Below, in pieces: positions 16,436-24,000 of a stretch of DNA of 24,000 nt. Below the pieces are notes generated by a model, which saw only the letters and a list, made by a program, of their open reading frames with translations, did not search any database and was not told the DNA's origin. How positions within the stretch are numbered: position 1 is the first letter of the stretch; each line of letters opens with the position of its first letter. The position numbers were made by a program, and so were the translations under genes. This DNA comes from Methanococcoides burtonii DSM 6242 (GTDB taxonomy: Archaea; Halobacteriota; Methanosarcinia; Methanosarcinales; Methanosarcinaceae): the NCBI RefSeq assembly GCF_000013725.1, contig NC_007955.1, positions 317,579 through 341,578 on the forward strand, given 5' to 3'.

Positions 16436-17380
16436 ATGAATTTATCAATTATATCCGAAATAGATCCTTCTATTGTACTGGGGATCGTTGTCAGTCTGAT
16501 AGTAATGGGTATAGCTGTCGGTTATGATAAGTATAAGGAAGGGGGGGCGACCGATCCTAATACTTCCATCTCAAATCCGGTTAGTGGCTCAGAGCGACAG
16601 TTTAGTCTTTCCAGCCTTAAGGAGTCGAATATTTTAGTAGGTTTGGATAAAAAGATCAAAAAATTAATTAAAAGGGCTTCCGACTCAAATAAAATTGGAG
16701 CGCCAGAGTTAGTGGCTGATACAGGGTCAAATGATTCTGGTATTAAAGTTGTTTTTAGCAATTTAATATCTAAGATGTCATCCATTAAATTAAGTTTACC
16801 TGAAAGGAGTGAACGGGTAAAAAAGGTTGCAATTGAAGATAGTACTCCCTCCACATTTACTCCTTCTGCAGAAATAAAATCAGATATAAGTTTTGATGTA
16901 GATAAAATTGTAGGAAACAAAAAGGGTGAATTGGATTTTGATGATAATCTGATTAATGAGATGGCTACAGGTGGTAGTTCCGGTATTGAAATTGAAGATA
17001 ACGAATCGGTTTCGGATTTCTCAGGTAGTAACGATATGTCTATTGATGTGGGTGAGTTCGACTTCGGTTTTGGCGGGGATAGCAGCAAACAAGATGATAG
17101 TCTGGATAATGATTTTTCTTTCGATATGCCAGGGGATAATTCTTCTTCTGATGATCTCGTAAAAGTTGTAGCTGTCGATGATTTCTCTTTCGATGATGGC
17201 GGCGATGATTTTGACCTTGACGATGACAGTGATAGTTTCATAGAATCATTGAAGAATGATATTATTGCTGACGAGGTGGATAAAGTAAACTTCATGTCAG
17301 GGCTGAAGGGGGTAAGTTTGGACATCGATGAAATTAAAACTGAACTTGAGACAGTTTTAGCAAATCTGAAAAAAATGTGA
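16436..17380 (+). CDS. Uncharacterised membrane-anchored poly-acidic protein encoded directly after arlJ
   Basis: The ATG at 16436 lies 1 nt after the arlJ stop codon, with GGAGGT 7 nt upstream. It has one N-terminal TM segment (IVLGIVVSLIVMGIAVG) followed by YDKYK. The C-terminal region is D/E/S-rich with EFDFGFGGD, NDFSFDMPGD and DDFSFDDGGDDFDLDDD, and it ends in a terminal helix (IDEIKTELETVLANLKKM). I recognise no family. Confidence 0.7.
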   Translation: MNLSIISEIDPSIVLGIVVSLIVMGIAVGYDKYKEGGATDPNTSISNPVSGSERQFSLSSLKESNILVGLDKKIKKLIKRASDSNKIGAPELVADTGSNDSGIKVVFSNLISKMSSIKLSLPERSERVKKVAIEDSTPSTFTPSAEIKSDISFDVDKIVGNKKGELDFDDNLINEMATGGSSGIEIEDNESVSDFSGSNDMSIDVGEFDFGFGGDSSKQDDSLDNDFSFDMPGDNSSSDDLVKVVAVDDFSFDDGGDDFDLDDDSDSFIESLKNDIIADEVDKVNFMSGLKGVSLDIDEIKTELETVLANLKKM

Positions 17381-17621
17381 TGGCTCATAAAATTATAGTG
17401 TTATGCAAATTGTTAGATTGATTTCATTCAGTTTCAACAATGAATTCTTTCAAATAATTGGTGGTACTTACAAAATAATATTTGAAACAAGGCATCTGGT
17501 CGAATTTCAAGCAGTTGTACTAAACTCAAATTTGTGGCATTCATTTAATGCAGGTGTAACTAACAATACATTTTTATTTAATATTGATGTATCATTTAAA
17601 TCAGAATAAGGTGATTAAAAT

Positions 17622-17783
17622 ATGTTAGATGCAAAACACTTAGCTCTTATAATCTTAGCATTGTTTTCAGGTTCAATGCTTGTGTATGAATGGCTTTCAC
17701 TTTACAACAGACTTGATTACAGTGTTGTTTTTTATGCTGCACTTTTAATATTTTCGTTTTCTTTAATGCTTTTGAAAAAATAA
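17622..17783 (+). CDS. Hypothetical 53-aa two-TM membrane protein (below the ORF-track size cut-off)
   Basis: My own translation is MLDAKHLALIILALFSGSMLVYEWLSLYNRLDYSVVFYAALLIFSFSLMLLKK*. An AAGGTGAT SD lies 6 nt upstream of the ATG. The product has two hydrophobic helices and a KK tail. Confidence 0.4.
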   Translation: MLDAKHLALIILALFSGSMLVYEWLSLYNRLDYSVVFYAALLIFSFSLMLLKK

Positions 17784-18287
17784 ATGGTTTAAAATCTGGA
17801 ATCTGATTCTCTTATTAATATAATTATTTTATATTATGGATGTTTGCTCTGTAGAATTCCTCAACCAAAATAGGCATACGATCTTTTTTCATCAGAAATA
17901 ATTTGTTTGGTATCTTGTACCAATTTATAATGAACTTAGCAACATCAACTGAAATATCAGTTTTGACAAAATCGCGTTTCTCTTTTTGATTCTTCATGAA
18001 TGGTAATAACTGCAATGATCATCTGTAAATCGATTGGGACCATAGTATTAGCATGTATTATTGCACTCATTAAATAAAACGAATTTAATAAATTGTGAAT
18101 GATCAAATTCATTGATACTGAATTTAATTGAGTCCCGCATTTATGAAGGATATTCTGGATAAATGATCCCAGGTAATGAAATGCAATTCGTATTATATTT
18201 CTAATTAAATTAAAAAATGGCAAATTCATACATATTGACCTCTAAGTATTTATATTCCATCTTACATATTAGATTTAGACATCTATC

Positions 18288-18304
18288 ATAATCATTATGA
18301 TTAT
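18288..18304. promoter_or_regulatory. Perfect 17-bp palindrome (ATAATCAT-T-ATGATTAT) upstream of the chemotaxis operon
   Basis: Read directly. It lies 27-43 nt upstream of the MCP ATG and downstream of a TATA-like tatttatat at about 18248-18256, which is an operator-like position. Confidence 0.4.
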
Positions 18305-18330
18305 TATGCAACATGTCAAGAGGAGTACGC

Positions 18331-20289
18331 ATGGGTAACAAAGAAGCAATTATAGAAAATACCACAACTGTGGAATCAGACAGTAAAGATGCAGCAAAAA
18401 TGGCAGAAGAGATTAGTTGGCTGATAGACAATCTACCAGTCACGATTTTCAGATGTGACATAAATGCATCATGGGATATATACTACATCAGCAAAAATGT
18501 ATATGATCTTACAGGTCACCCCAAGACAGATTTCCTTGGCAAAAAATTAACATGGTCAGATGTTGTTTTTCCTGAGGATGTGCCAAAAATTGATGCGGCC
18601 ATTGATATAGCAATGAAGAACAACGCACCATACAAAGTTAACTACAGAATAAAAACTAAAAATGGAGATACTGTTTACATCCGGGAAGAAGGTAAACTGG
18701 TAAACGATGACGAAGGAAATGCAGCTTATCTGGATGGTGTATTCCTGAACATTACAGAAAATGTCATTGCAAAAGCAGAGTCCCAGAAAACGATTGTAAA
18801 AAGTATACCCGAACCTGCACTTGCTATATTTGTAGATCCTGAAGGCAAGGTCAAGCACATAAACGATTATTATGTTAAACTGAGCCAATTCCAATCGGAT
18901 GAAGATGTCATAGGAAGATCTCCCTCTGAAATTATTGGGAAAACTACGTTGGTTGGAGATAATTCAAACATGAAATTGGGAGCCAGCCAAACAATTGTTG
19001 AATCTGTTCTGGATACACGTGAAAGTGTGGAATCCTTAGAAGCAATTATAAAATTACATGGGCTGGACCATGAACTCTACACAATAAGTTCTGCTTCACC
19101 TATATTTGATGAAGAAGGGGTTTTTGAAGGAATACTGGAAGTTCTTACTGATCTGACAGATATCAAGCAGAAAGAAAAAGAAGTAAATGAATTGCTTGAT
19201 TACACTAATGACTGTCTTTCAGCCCTTGGAAATGGAATCAAAATGGTCGGTGAGGGAAACCTCAATGTCAAGCTTGAAAAGATCAAAGACGATGATTTCG
19301 GGAAGACCTTTGACGAATTCAATGGGTTTGTAGAGAACCTAAACAAAATAGTTCAAGCCACGATGAGGGACATGAATGCAACATTGGATGAGGTGAAACA
19401 GTCCACTGAAGCTGTCAACCAGATGAATACGGGTATGGAACAAATATCAACTGCTGCAGAACAGATTGCAACAGGGTCTGAAAATCTTTCAAGGCATGCC
19501 AATACTGCGGCATTGGATGTAAAGGCATCTGAGCAGATATTCAAGGAATTAAGTGAAGCAGCAACAAAATCTGCAAGTTTCTCTGCTCAAGCAGTAGAGA
19601 TGAGCGATGGAAGTCAAAAACTCGCGAACAGTGCACTGAAAGACCTCGAAGTGATCATGAATGAAATCGAGCAACTCGCAGGAATTGTCACATCTCTTGA
19701 TGGTGCTGTTGATAATATCGACAAGGTTACTGATAAGATCAAATCCATTGCCGACCAGACAAACCTCCTGGCTTTGAATGCAGCAATTGAAGCAGCAAGA
19801 GCAGGAGAACACGGAAGAGGGTTTGCTGTTGTGGCAGATGAGGTAAGGAAACTTGCTGAGGAGTCAAGAAGCAGCACAGCTGAGATCAATGGAATTGTGG
19901 TTAATGTCCAGAAAGAGACTAAAAAGGTCACAGAAGCAATCGAAAGGGCCAAAGAACAAGTAATTAGTGGAAACAAGGATATTGGAGGCGCACTAGGCAA
20001 GTCCGGTGAGATCACAGGGATGGTCGACAAGATCAATTCGATGCTCGGTTCATTAAACAAGAAAGCTGAAGAGGGCATGGAGAAGATCGAGAGTATTAAT
20101 GAGAATATCGGGGAAGTAGCTTCAACAGCAGAAGAAAATGCTGCAAACAGCGAGGAAACTTCAGCAGCGATCGAAGAACAGACTGCAGCATCAGAGCAGG
20201 TAAGTGGCTCCATAAAGAATGTTAACGATCTAGCTCAGAAGACAACGGATATGCTCATGAAAAATTTCCAATTTTCAGAGAACAAATGA
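18331..20289 (+). CDS. Soluble methyl-accepting chemotaxis protein with two PAS-like domains and a HAMP-like linker
   Basis: The ATG at 18331 follows GAGGAG. No TM segment is visible. PAS-like blocks are present (LPVTIFRCD...[12 protein letters not shown]...[11 protein letters not shown]...GVFLNITE and a second around [17 protein letters not shown]). The highly conserved MCP hairpin [40 protein letters not shown] is present, along with EE/QE methylation-type heptads. Confidence 0.9.
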   Translation: MGNKEAIIENTTTVESDSKDAAKMAEEISWLIDNLPVTIFRCDINASWDIYYISKNVYDLTGHPKTDFLGKKLTWSDVVFPEDVPKIDAAIDIAMKNNAPYKVNYRIKTKNGDTVYIREEGKLVNDDEGNAAYLDGVFLNITENVIAKAESQKTIVKSIPEPALAIFVDPEGKVKHINDYYVKLSQFQSDEDVIGRSPSEIIGKTTLVGDNSNMKLGASQTIVESVLDTRESVESLEAIIKLHGLDHELYTISSASPIFDEEGVFEGILEVLTDLTDIKQKEKEVNELLDYTNDCLSALGNGIKMVGEGNLNVKLEKIKDDDFGKTFDEFNGFVENLNKIVQATMRDMNATLDEVKQSTEAVNQMNTGMEQISTAAEQIATGSENLSRHANTAALDVKASEQIFKELSEAATKSASFSAQAVEMSDGSQKLANSALKDLEVIMNEIEQLAGIVTSLDGAVDNIDKVTDKIKSIADQTNLLALNAAIEAARAGEHGRGFAVVADEVRKLAEESRSSTAEINGIVVNVQKETKKVTEAIERAKEQVISGNKDIGGALGKSGEITGMVDKINSMLGSLNKKAEEGMEKIESINENIGEVASTAEENAANSEETSAAIEEQTAASEQVSGSIKNVNDLAQKTTDMLMKNFQFSENK

Positions 20290-20330
20290 GATGAAATCTC
20301 CCATTGGAACTATTATTGTAGGTGATTGAT

Positions 20331-20810
20331 ATGAATCCTCATAATCAAATGATGGATATTGACCAGACAGTACAGGTCATTGTATTTGCCCTGGGTGAAG
20401 AAATATATGGTGTTGATATCTCCCAGGTAAAAGAAATAATCAGACCAACCAAGATCACAAGAATTCCAAACTCACCTGAGTTTATAGAGGGGGTGGTAAA
20501 TCTCAGGGGCCAGATTACGACTATAATTAATTTAAGAAAGCGTCTTGGTAAGGAAACAAAAGAGACAGACAACGAAACAAGAATTATTGTAGTAGAATAC
20601 GAAAACGCAGTTATTGGAATGATTGTAGACACCGTGAATGAAGTCAAGTACCTGTCTTCAAAGAATATAGATGAATTACCAAGTATTATTACTTCGAGAG
20701 ACGATTCAAAATTCCTGACCGGGGTAGGTAAACTCGATGATGGTCTTTTGACATTAATGGACCTGGATAAAGTATTCAGTGAAGAGGAAATCGAAGGTAT
20801 GCAAAGATGA
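20331..20810 (+). CDS. cheW: CheW coupling protein
   Basis: The ATG at 20331 follows AGGTGAT. VVFALGEEIYGVDISQVKEIIRPTKITRIPNSPEFIEGVVNLRGQITTIINLRKRLG is a typical CheW domain. Confidence 0.9.
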   Translation: MNPHNQMMDIDQTVQVIVFALGEEIYGVDISQVKEIIRPTKITRIPNSPEFIEGVVNLRGQITTIINLRKRLGKETKETDNETRIIVVEYENAVIGMIVDTVNEVKYLSSKNIDELPSIITSRDDSKFLTGVGKLDDGLLTLMDLDKVFSEEEIEGMQR

Positions 20811-21607
20811 GCGAGAAAGTTCACCTTCAGACTCCTGCGAAATTGTATAATGGTCAATGGGTTGATGCGGAGCTTATCCTTACCGAACAAACTCTATGCA
20901 TTGGAAATATCAAAATTCAGGTAAACCAAATTGAAGATATTGGCAATATTGATATGGAGGGCGTAGGTGGAATTAGGATAAAGAGCAACGGTGAGATTAT
21001 CATCAGGCCCCCGGAGAAACTCATGCCACAGGTTTTCCGATTTCTTGCATTTAATTTGAAATCTGATCGGTTTGCGGTTTATTATCTGGATTCGGCAACA
21101 GTCGGGGGTGTAGTTACCTCTGGATCTCAGTGGGAGAAAGGTTATTTCAGTGTGACAGATGAAGGGTTCTGGTTTATTTCACCACAAAAGCAACAGAAGA
21201 TACTGTTTGATAATGTGGGTACGGTGTCGAAGGATGTGAGGAATGTTGGTGGAAAACAGAGAAAAGTGCTTGTCATATCAAAAGTTGAAGATGGGCAGGT
21301 TGCTACAAGTCTGCTAATGTGCCCGGAAACCACATTGGAGATGCTTGAAAATCATCTGAATCTGGTCATTAAATCACATAAACCCCAGATCGAATTTACA
21401 GATATGGAAAAGCAGATTTTGACACTCGTATATTCTGGATTGGATTTTGTTTCAATCGAGAATATGATCGGAATCACCACAAACGAACTTAATGAATACT
21501 ATGATCGTTTGGTTGATTCTGGTTTGGCAAAAATTGTGAAAGTAAGAAAAGAAGTAGAATTGACCCCCCGTGGAGTGACCATGGTTGGAGACATACCAAA
21601 TTTATAA
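20807..21607 (+). CDS. cheF: CheF (DUF439), archaea-specific adaptor linking CheY-P to the archaellum switch
   Basis: Its start overlaps the cheW stop codon (ATGA). It is 266 aa and sits between cheW and cheY. The beta-rich N-terminal part and a C-terminal helix-turn-helix-like tail (EKQILTLVYSGLDFVSIENMIGITTNELNEYYDRLVDSGLAKIVKVRKEVELTPRG) resemble my recollection of haloarchaeal and methanococcal CheF. Confidence 0.7.
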   Translation: MSEKVHLQTPAKLYNGQWVDAELILTEQTLCIGNIKIQVNQIEDIGNIDMEGVGGIRIKSNGEIIIRPPEKLMPQVFRFLAFNLKSDRFAVYYLDSATVGGVVTSGSQWEKGYFSVTDEGFWFISPQKQQKILFDNVGTVSKDVRNVGGKQRKVLVISKVEDGQVATSLLMCPETTLEMLENHLNLVIKSHKPQIEFTDMEKQILTLVYSGLDFVSIENMIGITTNELNEYYDRLVDSGLAKIVKVRKEVELTPRGVTMVGDIPNL

Positions 21608-21624
21608 TCAAAAGGTGAAAATAC

Positions 21625-21987
21625 ATGCCAAAAGTATTAATTGTTGATGACACAGCATTTATGAGAAAGCTCTTGAAGAACATACTCTTTGGAGCAGGAT
21701 ACGATATAGCTGGAGAAGCTGAAAATGGAAAGCAGGCTGTAGAAATGTACAAGGCACTAAATCCAGATGTAGTAACGATGGATGTAGTTATGCCGGAGAT
21801 GAACGGAATTGATGCTTTAAAGAATATTAAAACTATTAACAAGGAAGCAAAGGTTGTAATGTGTACTGCTATTGGTCAGGAAAAGATCGTGAAAACAGCT
21901 CTCAAGCTTGGTGCAAAAGGATACATAATAAAACCATTCCAGGCACCAAAAGTTGTAGAAGAGATCAATAAAGTTACTGGCACATAA
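21625..21987 (+). CDS. cheY: CheY response regulator
   Basis: 120-aa single receiver domain with LIVDD, a phospho-acceptor in VVTMDVVMPEMNG, and a conserved T (CTA) and K (IIKPF). Confidence 0.95.
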   Translation: MPKVLIVDDTAFMRKLLKNILFGAGYDIAGEAENGKQAVEMYKALNPDVVTMDVVMPEMNGIDALKNIKTINKEAKVVMCTAIGQEKIVKTALKLGAKGYIIKPFQAPKVVEEINKVTGT

Positions 21988-22001
21988 AACCTGGAGATAA
22001 T

Positions 22002-23057
22002 ATGATCAAAACTCTTGTTGTTGATGATTCTGCCTTAATGAGAAGGGCAATAAGAGATATGCTTGAGAGTGCTGACGATATAGAAGTTATCGGGACTGCA
22101 AAAAATGGCAAAGAAGCCGTTGAAAATACAAATAAGTTAAAGCCGGAAGTTATAGTAATGGATGTTAATATGCCCATCATGGATGGGCTGGCAGCTGTTA
22201 AAGCTATAATGAAAACAACTCCGATACCCATTATAATGTTTAGCTCTCTCACCAAGAAAGGTTCAATAGAAGCTCTGGAAGCTTTGAGACTTGGAGCAAT
22301 TGATTTTATAACAAAACCCAGTGGCTTACAAGAGATAAGTAAGATCGAAAATGAGCTAGTAACAAAAGTTCGCAATCTCTACAATTCAAATGTAAATATT
22401 ATACGATTACTTAACCTGAAAAAATTCAAGGGTGAAGTAATAAATGGAAACTGGAATTGTCCTGATCAAAATCTGGGAATACTAATTGGTTCTTCTACAG
22501 GTGGCCCTTCTTCTCTTGAACAAATAATTCCAAGATTGCCAGGTGATCTACCAGCATCGGTTTTTATAGTACAGCATATGCCAGAAGGTAATTTTTGCAG
22601 CCAGCTAGCTGCAAGATTGGATGCTATATCAGAACTTGAAGTAAAAGAAGCTGAAAATAATGAGAAAGTAAAAATTGGAGTTGCTTATATCGCTCCTGGC
22701 GGATATCACATGGAAATTCGGAAGGCCTTGGATGTAACTAGAATAAAAATCATAAAAGGTAAACCGATGCATGCTGTTATGCCTTCTGTCGATGTAACTG
22801 TAGAAAGTTTCGTTAAAGTGTATGGGAATAACTCAGTCGCCATAATACTTACGGGAATGGGGGTCGATGGAGCATCCGGATTCAAAAAAATAAATGAATC
22901 AAATGGAGCCACCATAGCATGCAGTGAAGATACTTGCGTTGTTTTTGGGATGCCAAAGGCTGCTATCGAAGCCGGAGCGATTGATGTTGTAAAACCTATT
23001 TTTGAAATACCTGAACAAATTGTTAGGATGATAGAGGTGAAATGCAATGGAAACTGA
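22002..23057 (+). CDS. cheB: CheB protein-glutamate methylesterase (receiver plus esterase domains)
   Basis: The N-terminal receiver has VVDDS and VIVMDVNMPIMDG. The C-terminal catalytic domain has GSSTGGP, VQHMP and TGMGVDGA (Ser/His/Asp). Confidence 0.95.
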   Translation: MIKTLVVDDSALMRRAIRDMLESADDIEVIGTAKNGKEAVENTNKLKPEVIVMDVNMPIMDGLAAVKAIMKTTPIPIIMFSSLTKKGSIEALEALRLGAIDFITKPSGLQEISKIENELVTKVRNLYNSNVNIIRLLNLKKFKGEVINGNWNCPDQNLGILIGSSTGGPSSLEQIIPRLPGDLPASVFIVQHMPEGNFCSQLAARLDAISELEVKEAENNEKVKIGVAYIAPGGYHMEIRKALDVTRIKIIKGKPMHAVMPSVDVTVESFVKVYGNNSVAIILTGMGVDGASGFKKINESNGATIACSEDTCVVFGMPKAAIEAGAIDVVKPIFEIPEQIVRMIEVKCNGN

Positions 23058-24000
23058 TATGGATGCTTACAAGGATGATTTCCTTCAGGAAGTCAATGAG
23101 TATCTTGAGATATTCAATCAGGCCTTTGTAGATCTAGAAAATGGTGATACTGCTGCCTTGGATGAAATATTCAGAGTGGCACACACAATTAAAGGAATGG
23201 CAGGATTCCTCGGATATGCATCGCTTGAAAGATTATGCCACAGGATGGAAGAAGTTTTAAGTGGCATTAAATGTAACGAGATCACGATCGATGGTAACCT
23301 TATAGATATAATGCTTTCAACTGTGGATCGAATAAATGAAATGGTTGGGAAAATTGAAAGTGAAGGTAATGATGATATCAAAATCGATGATCTATTAAGT
23401 GCTTTTGAAATATACAAAGATCAAGAGCAGAAAGAAGCTGTAAATTGTGTTCCCGAAATAATAGAAATTCAGGAAGCTGAAGAAACGATAAATTGTATTT
23501 CAGAAGAATGTATGAACTGTGATAAGAAGGCCGGAGAGCATAACCTCATACTCAATGTAAAAATATCTCCTGATTCTGACATAATGGAATTGAAAGCAAT
23601 ATTAATAATTGAATCATTGAAAGAAGTGGGATCGGTAATAAAAACTGAACCCACAGAAGAAGAGATCGATAACACTTTCAAGGGTTCTCTTAAAGCATTC
23701 ATCCAAAGTGATGCGGAGAAAGTGGATGAGGTAATGAACAAAATCTCTGAAATTGATCATTTTGAAATTATCTCCTGTGAACAAGAAGAAAATAAGACAA
23801 AATGTGACGATAGCTTTCCAGAAAATGGTGGCTCAAGTATCACCGAATCTCAGGATAAGGAAGAACATAATCTCATACTCAATGTAATAATTGCTCATGA
23901 TTCTGACATAAAGGAACTGAAAGCAATACTGGTTATAGAATCATTGAAAGAAGTGGGGCAGGTAATAAAAACTGAACCCATAGAAGAAGAGATCGACAGT
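23047..24000 (+). CDS. cheA: CheA histidine kinase, 5' part (P1/HPt plus at least two P2-like domains), running off the window
   Basis: It is absent from the ORF track because it has no stop codon in the window. My translation from ATG 23047 (GAGGTGA 6 nt upstream, 11-nt overlap with cheB) is METDMDAYKDDFLQEVNEYLEIFNQAFVDLE...FRVAHTIKGMAGFLGY, an HPt domain with the phospho-His motif. Repeats follow that resemble the Bacillus/Thermotoga P2 region (LILNVKISPDSDIMELKAILIIESLKEVGSVIKTEP). Confidence 0.9.
   Translation, partial: METDMDAYKDDFLQEVNEYLEIFNQAFVDLENGDTAALDEIFRVAHTIKGMAGFLGYASLERLCHRMEEVLSGIKCNEITIDGNLIDIMLSTVDRINEMVGKIESEGNDDIKIDDLLSAFEIYKDQEQKEAVNCVPEIIEIQEAEETINCISEECMNCDKKAGEHNLILNVKISPDSDIMELKAILIIESLKEVGSVIKTEPTEEEIDNTFKGSLKAFIQSDAEKVDEVMNKISEIDHFEIISCEQEENKTKCDDSFPENGGSSITESQDKEEHNLILNVIIAHDSDIKELKAILVIESLKEVGQVIKTEPIEEEIDS

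Noticed and set aside
16522-17388. 288-aa minus-strand ORF, the longest unassigned ORF in the track
   Set aside because: It is exactly antisense to the acidic gene. GAT/GAA/TCT-rich coding DNA gives a stop-free, S/L/I/K-rich mirror frame. It has no RBS and no domain, and the sense-strand gene has SD coupling to arlJ.
17403-17609. 68-aa plus-strand ORF downstream of the acidic gene
   Set aside because: It has no SD, an AT-rich composition and no recognisable motif. I kept it only as a remark under the small-ORF finding.
19614-20213. 199-aa and neighbouring minus-strand ORFs inside the MCP gene
   Set aside because: They are antisense to the unmistakable MCP signalling domain. The low-complexity A/S-rich translation is typical of the mirror frame of coiled-coil Ala/Glu-rich genes.
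20345-22375. Minus-strand ORFs of 181, 117 and 133 aa across cheW, cheF, cheY and cheB
   Set aside because: They are antisense to four genes with textbook motifs and have no independent support.
1-24000. Scan for tRNA/rRNA genes, IS elements with terminal inverted repeats, and integrase or transposase ORFs
   Set aside because: I found no T-arm-like GGTTCGAATCC or GTTCAAATC signatures, no rRNA-like conserved blocks and no transposase or integrase motifs. The decay zone (3.7-9.2 kb) therefore cannot be called a mobile element from the sequence alone.

Overview
This window looks like chromosomal DNA from a methanogenic euryarchaeon, probably a Methanosarcinales-type organism. That inference rests on the methanogenesis-marker-8-like gene, Methanomicrobia-type archaellins (FTGLEAAIV N-termini), AGGAGGTGAT-like Shine-Dalgarno sites and AT-rich intergenic DNA. 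There are three zones. (1) 1-3.7 kb holds housekeeping genes: a partial unknown CDS, a DUF2099/marker-8-like protein, a PaaK-family phenylacetate-CoA ligase and a divergent UbiA-type membrane prenyltransferase. (2) 3.7-9.2 kb is a decaying, accessory-looking stretch. It contains an internal fragment of a LolE/FtsX ABC permease, ambiguous small ORFs, an octamer tandem repeat, a secreted HExxH gluzincin, a tail-anchored TPR/acidic protein, a multiply disrupted DNase I-like lipoprotein pseudogene, a (TATTA)6 microsatellite, a CxxC-x17-CxxC zinc-ribbon mini-protein and about 880 bp with no supportable gene. (3) 9.2-24 kb is a complete archaellum operon (two archaellins, arlCDE, arlF, arlG, arlH, arlI, arlJ) followed by a chemotaxis operon (soluble double-PAS MCP, cheW, cheF, cheY, cheB and the 5' part of cheA). 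Many gene junctions are tightly spaced or overlapping. The most interesting unexplained item is a membrane-anchored poly-acidic protein with repeated DFxF(D/G) motifs, encoded 1 nt after arlJ. It matches none of the canonical Arl or Che components. Other items worth a second look are a nucleotide-level conservation island shared by the two archaellin paralogs, a tandem P2-domain duplication and Cys cluster in CheA, a perfect 17-bp palindrome in front of the che operon, and an unannotated 53-aa two-TM ORF. All functional calls come from reading motifs by eye; no database search was possible.
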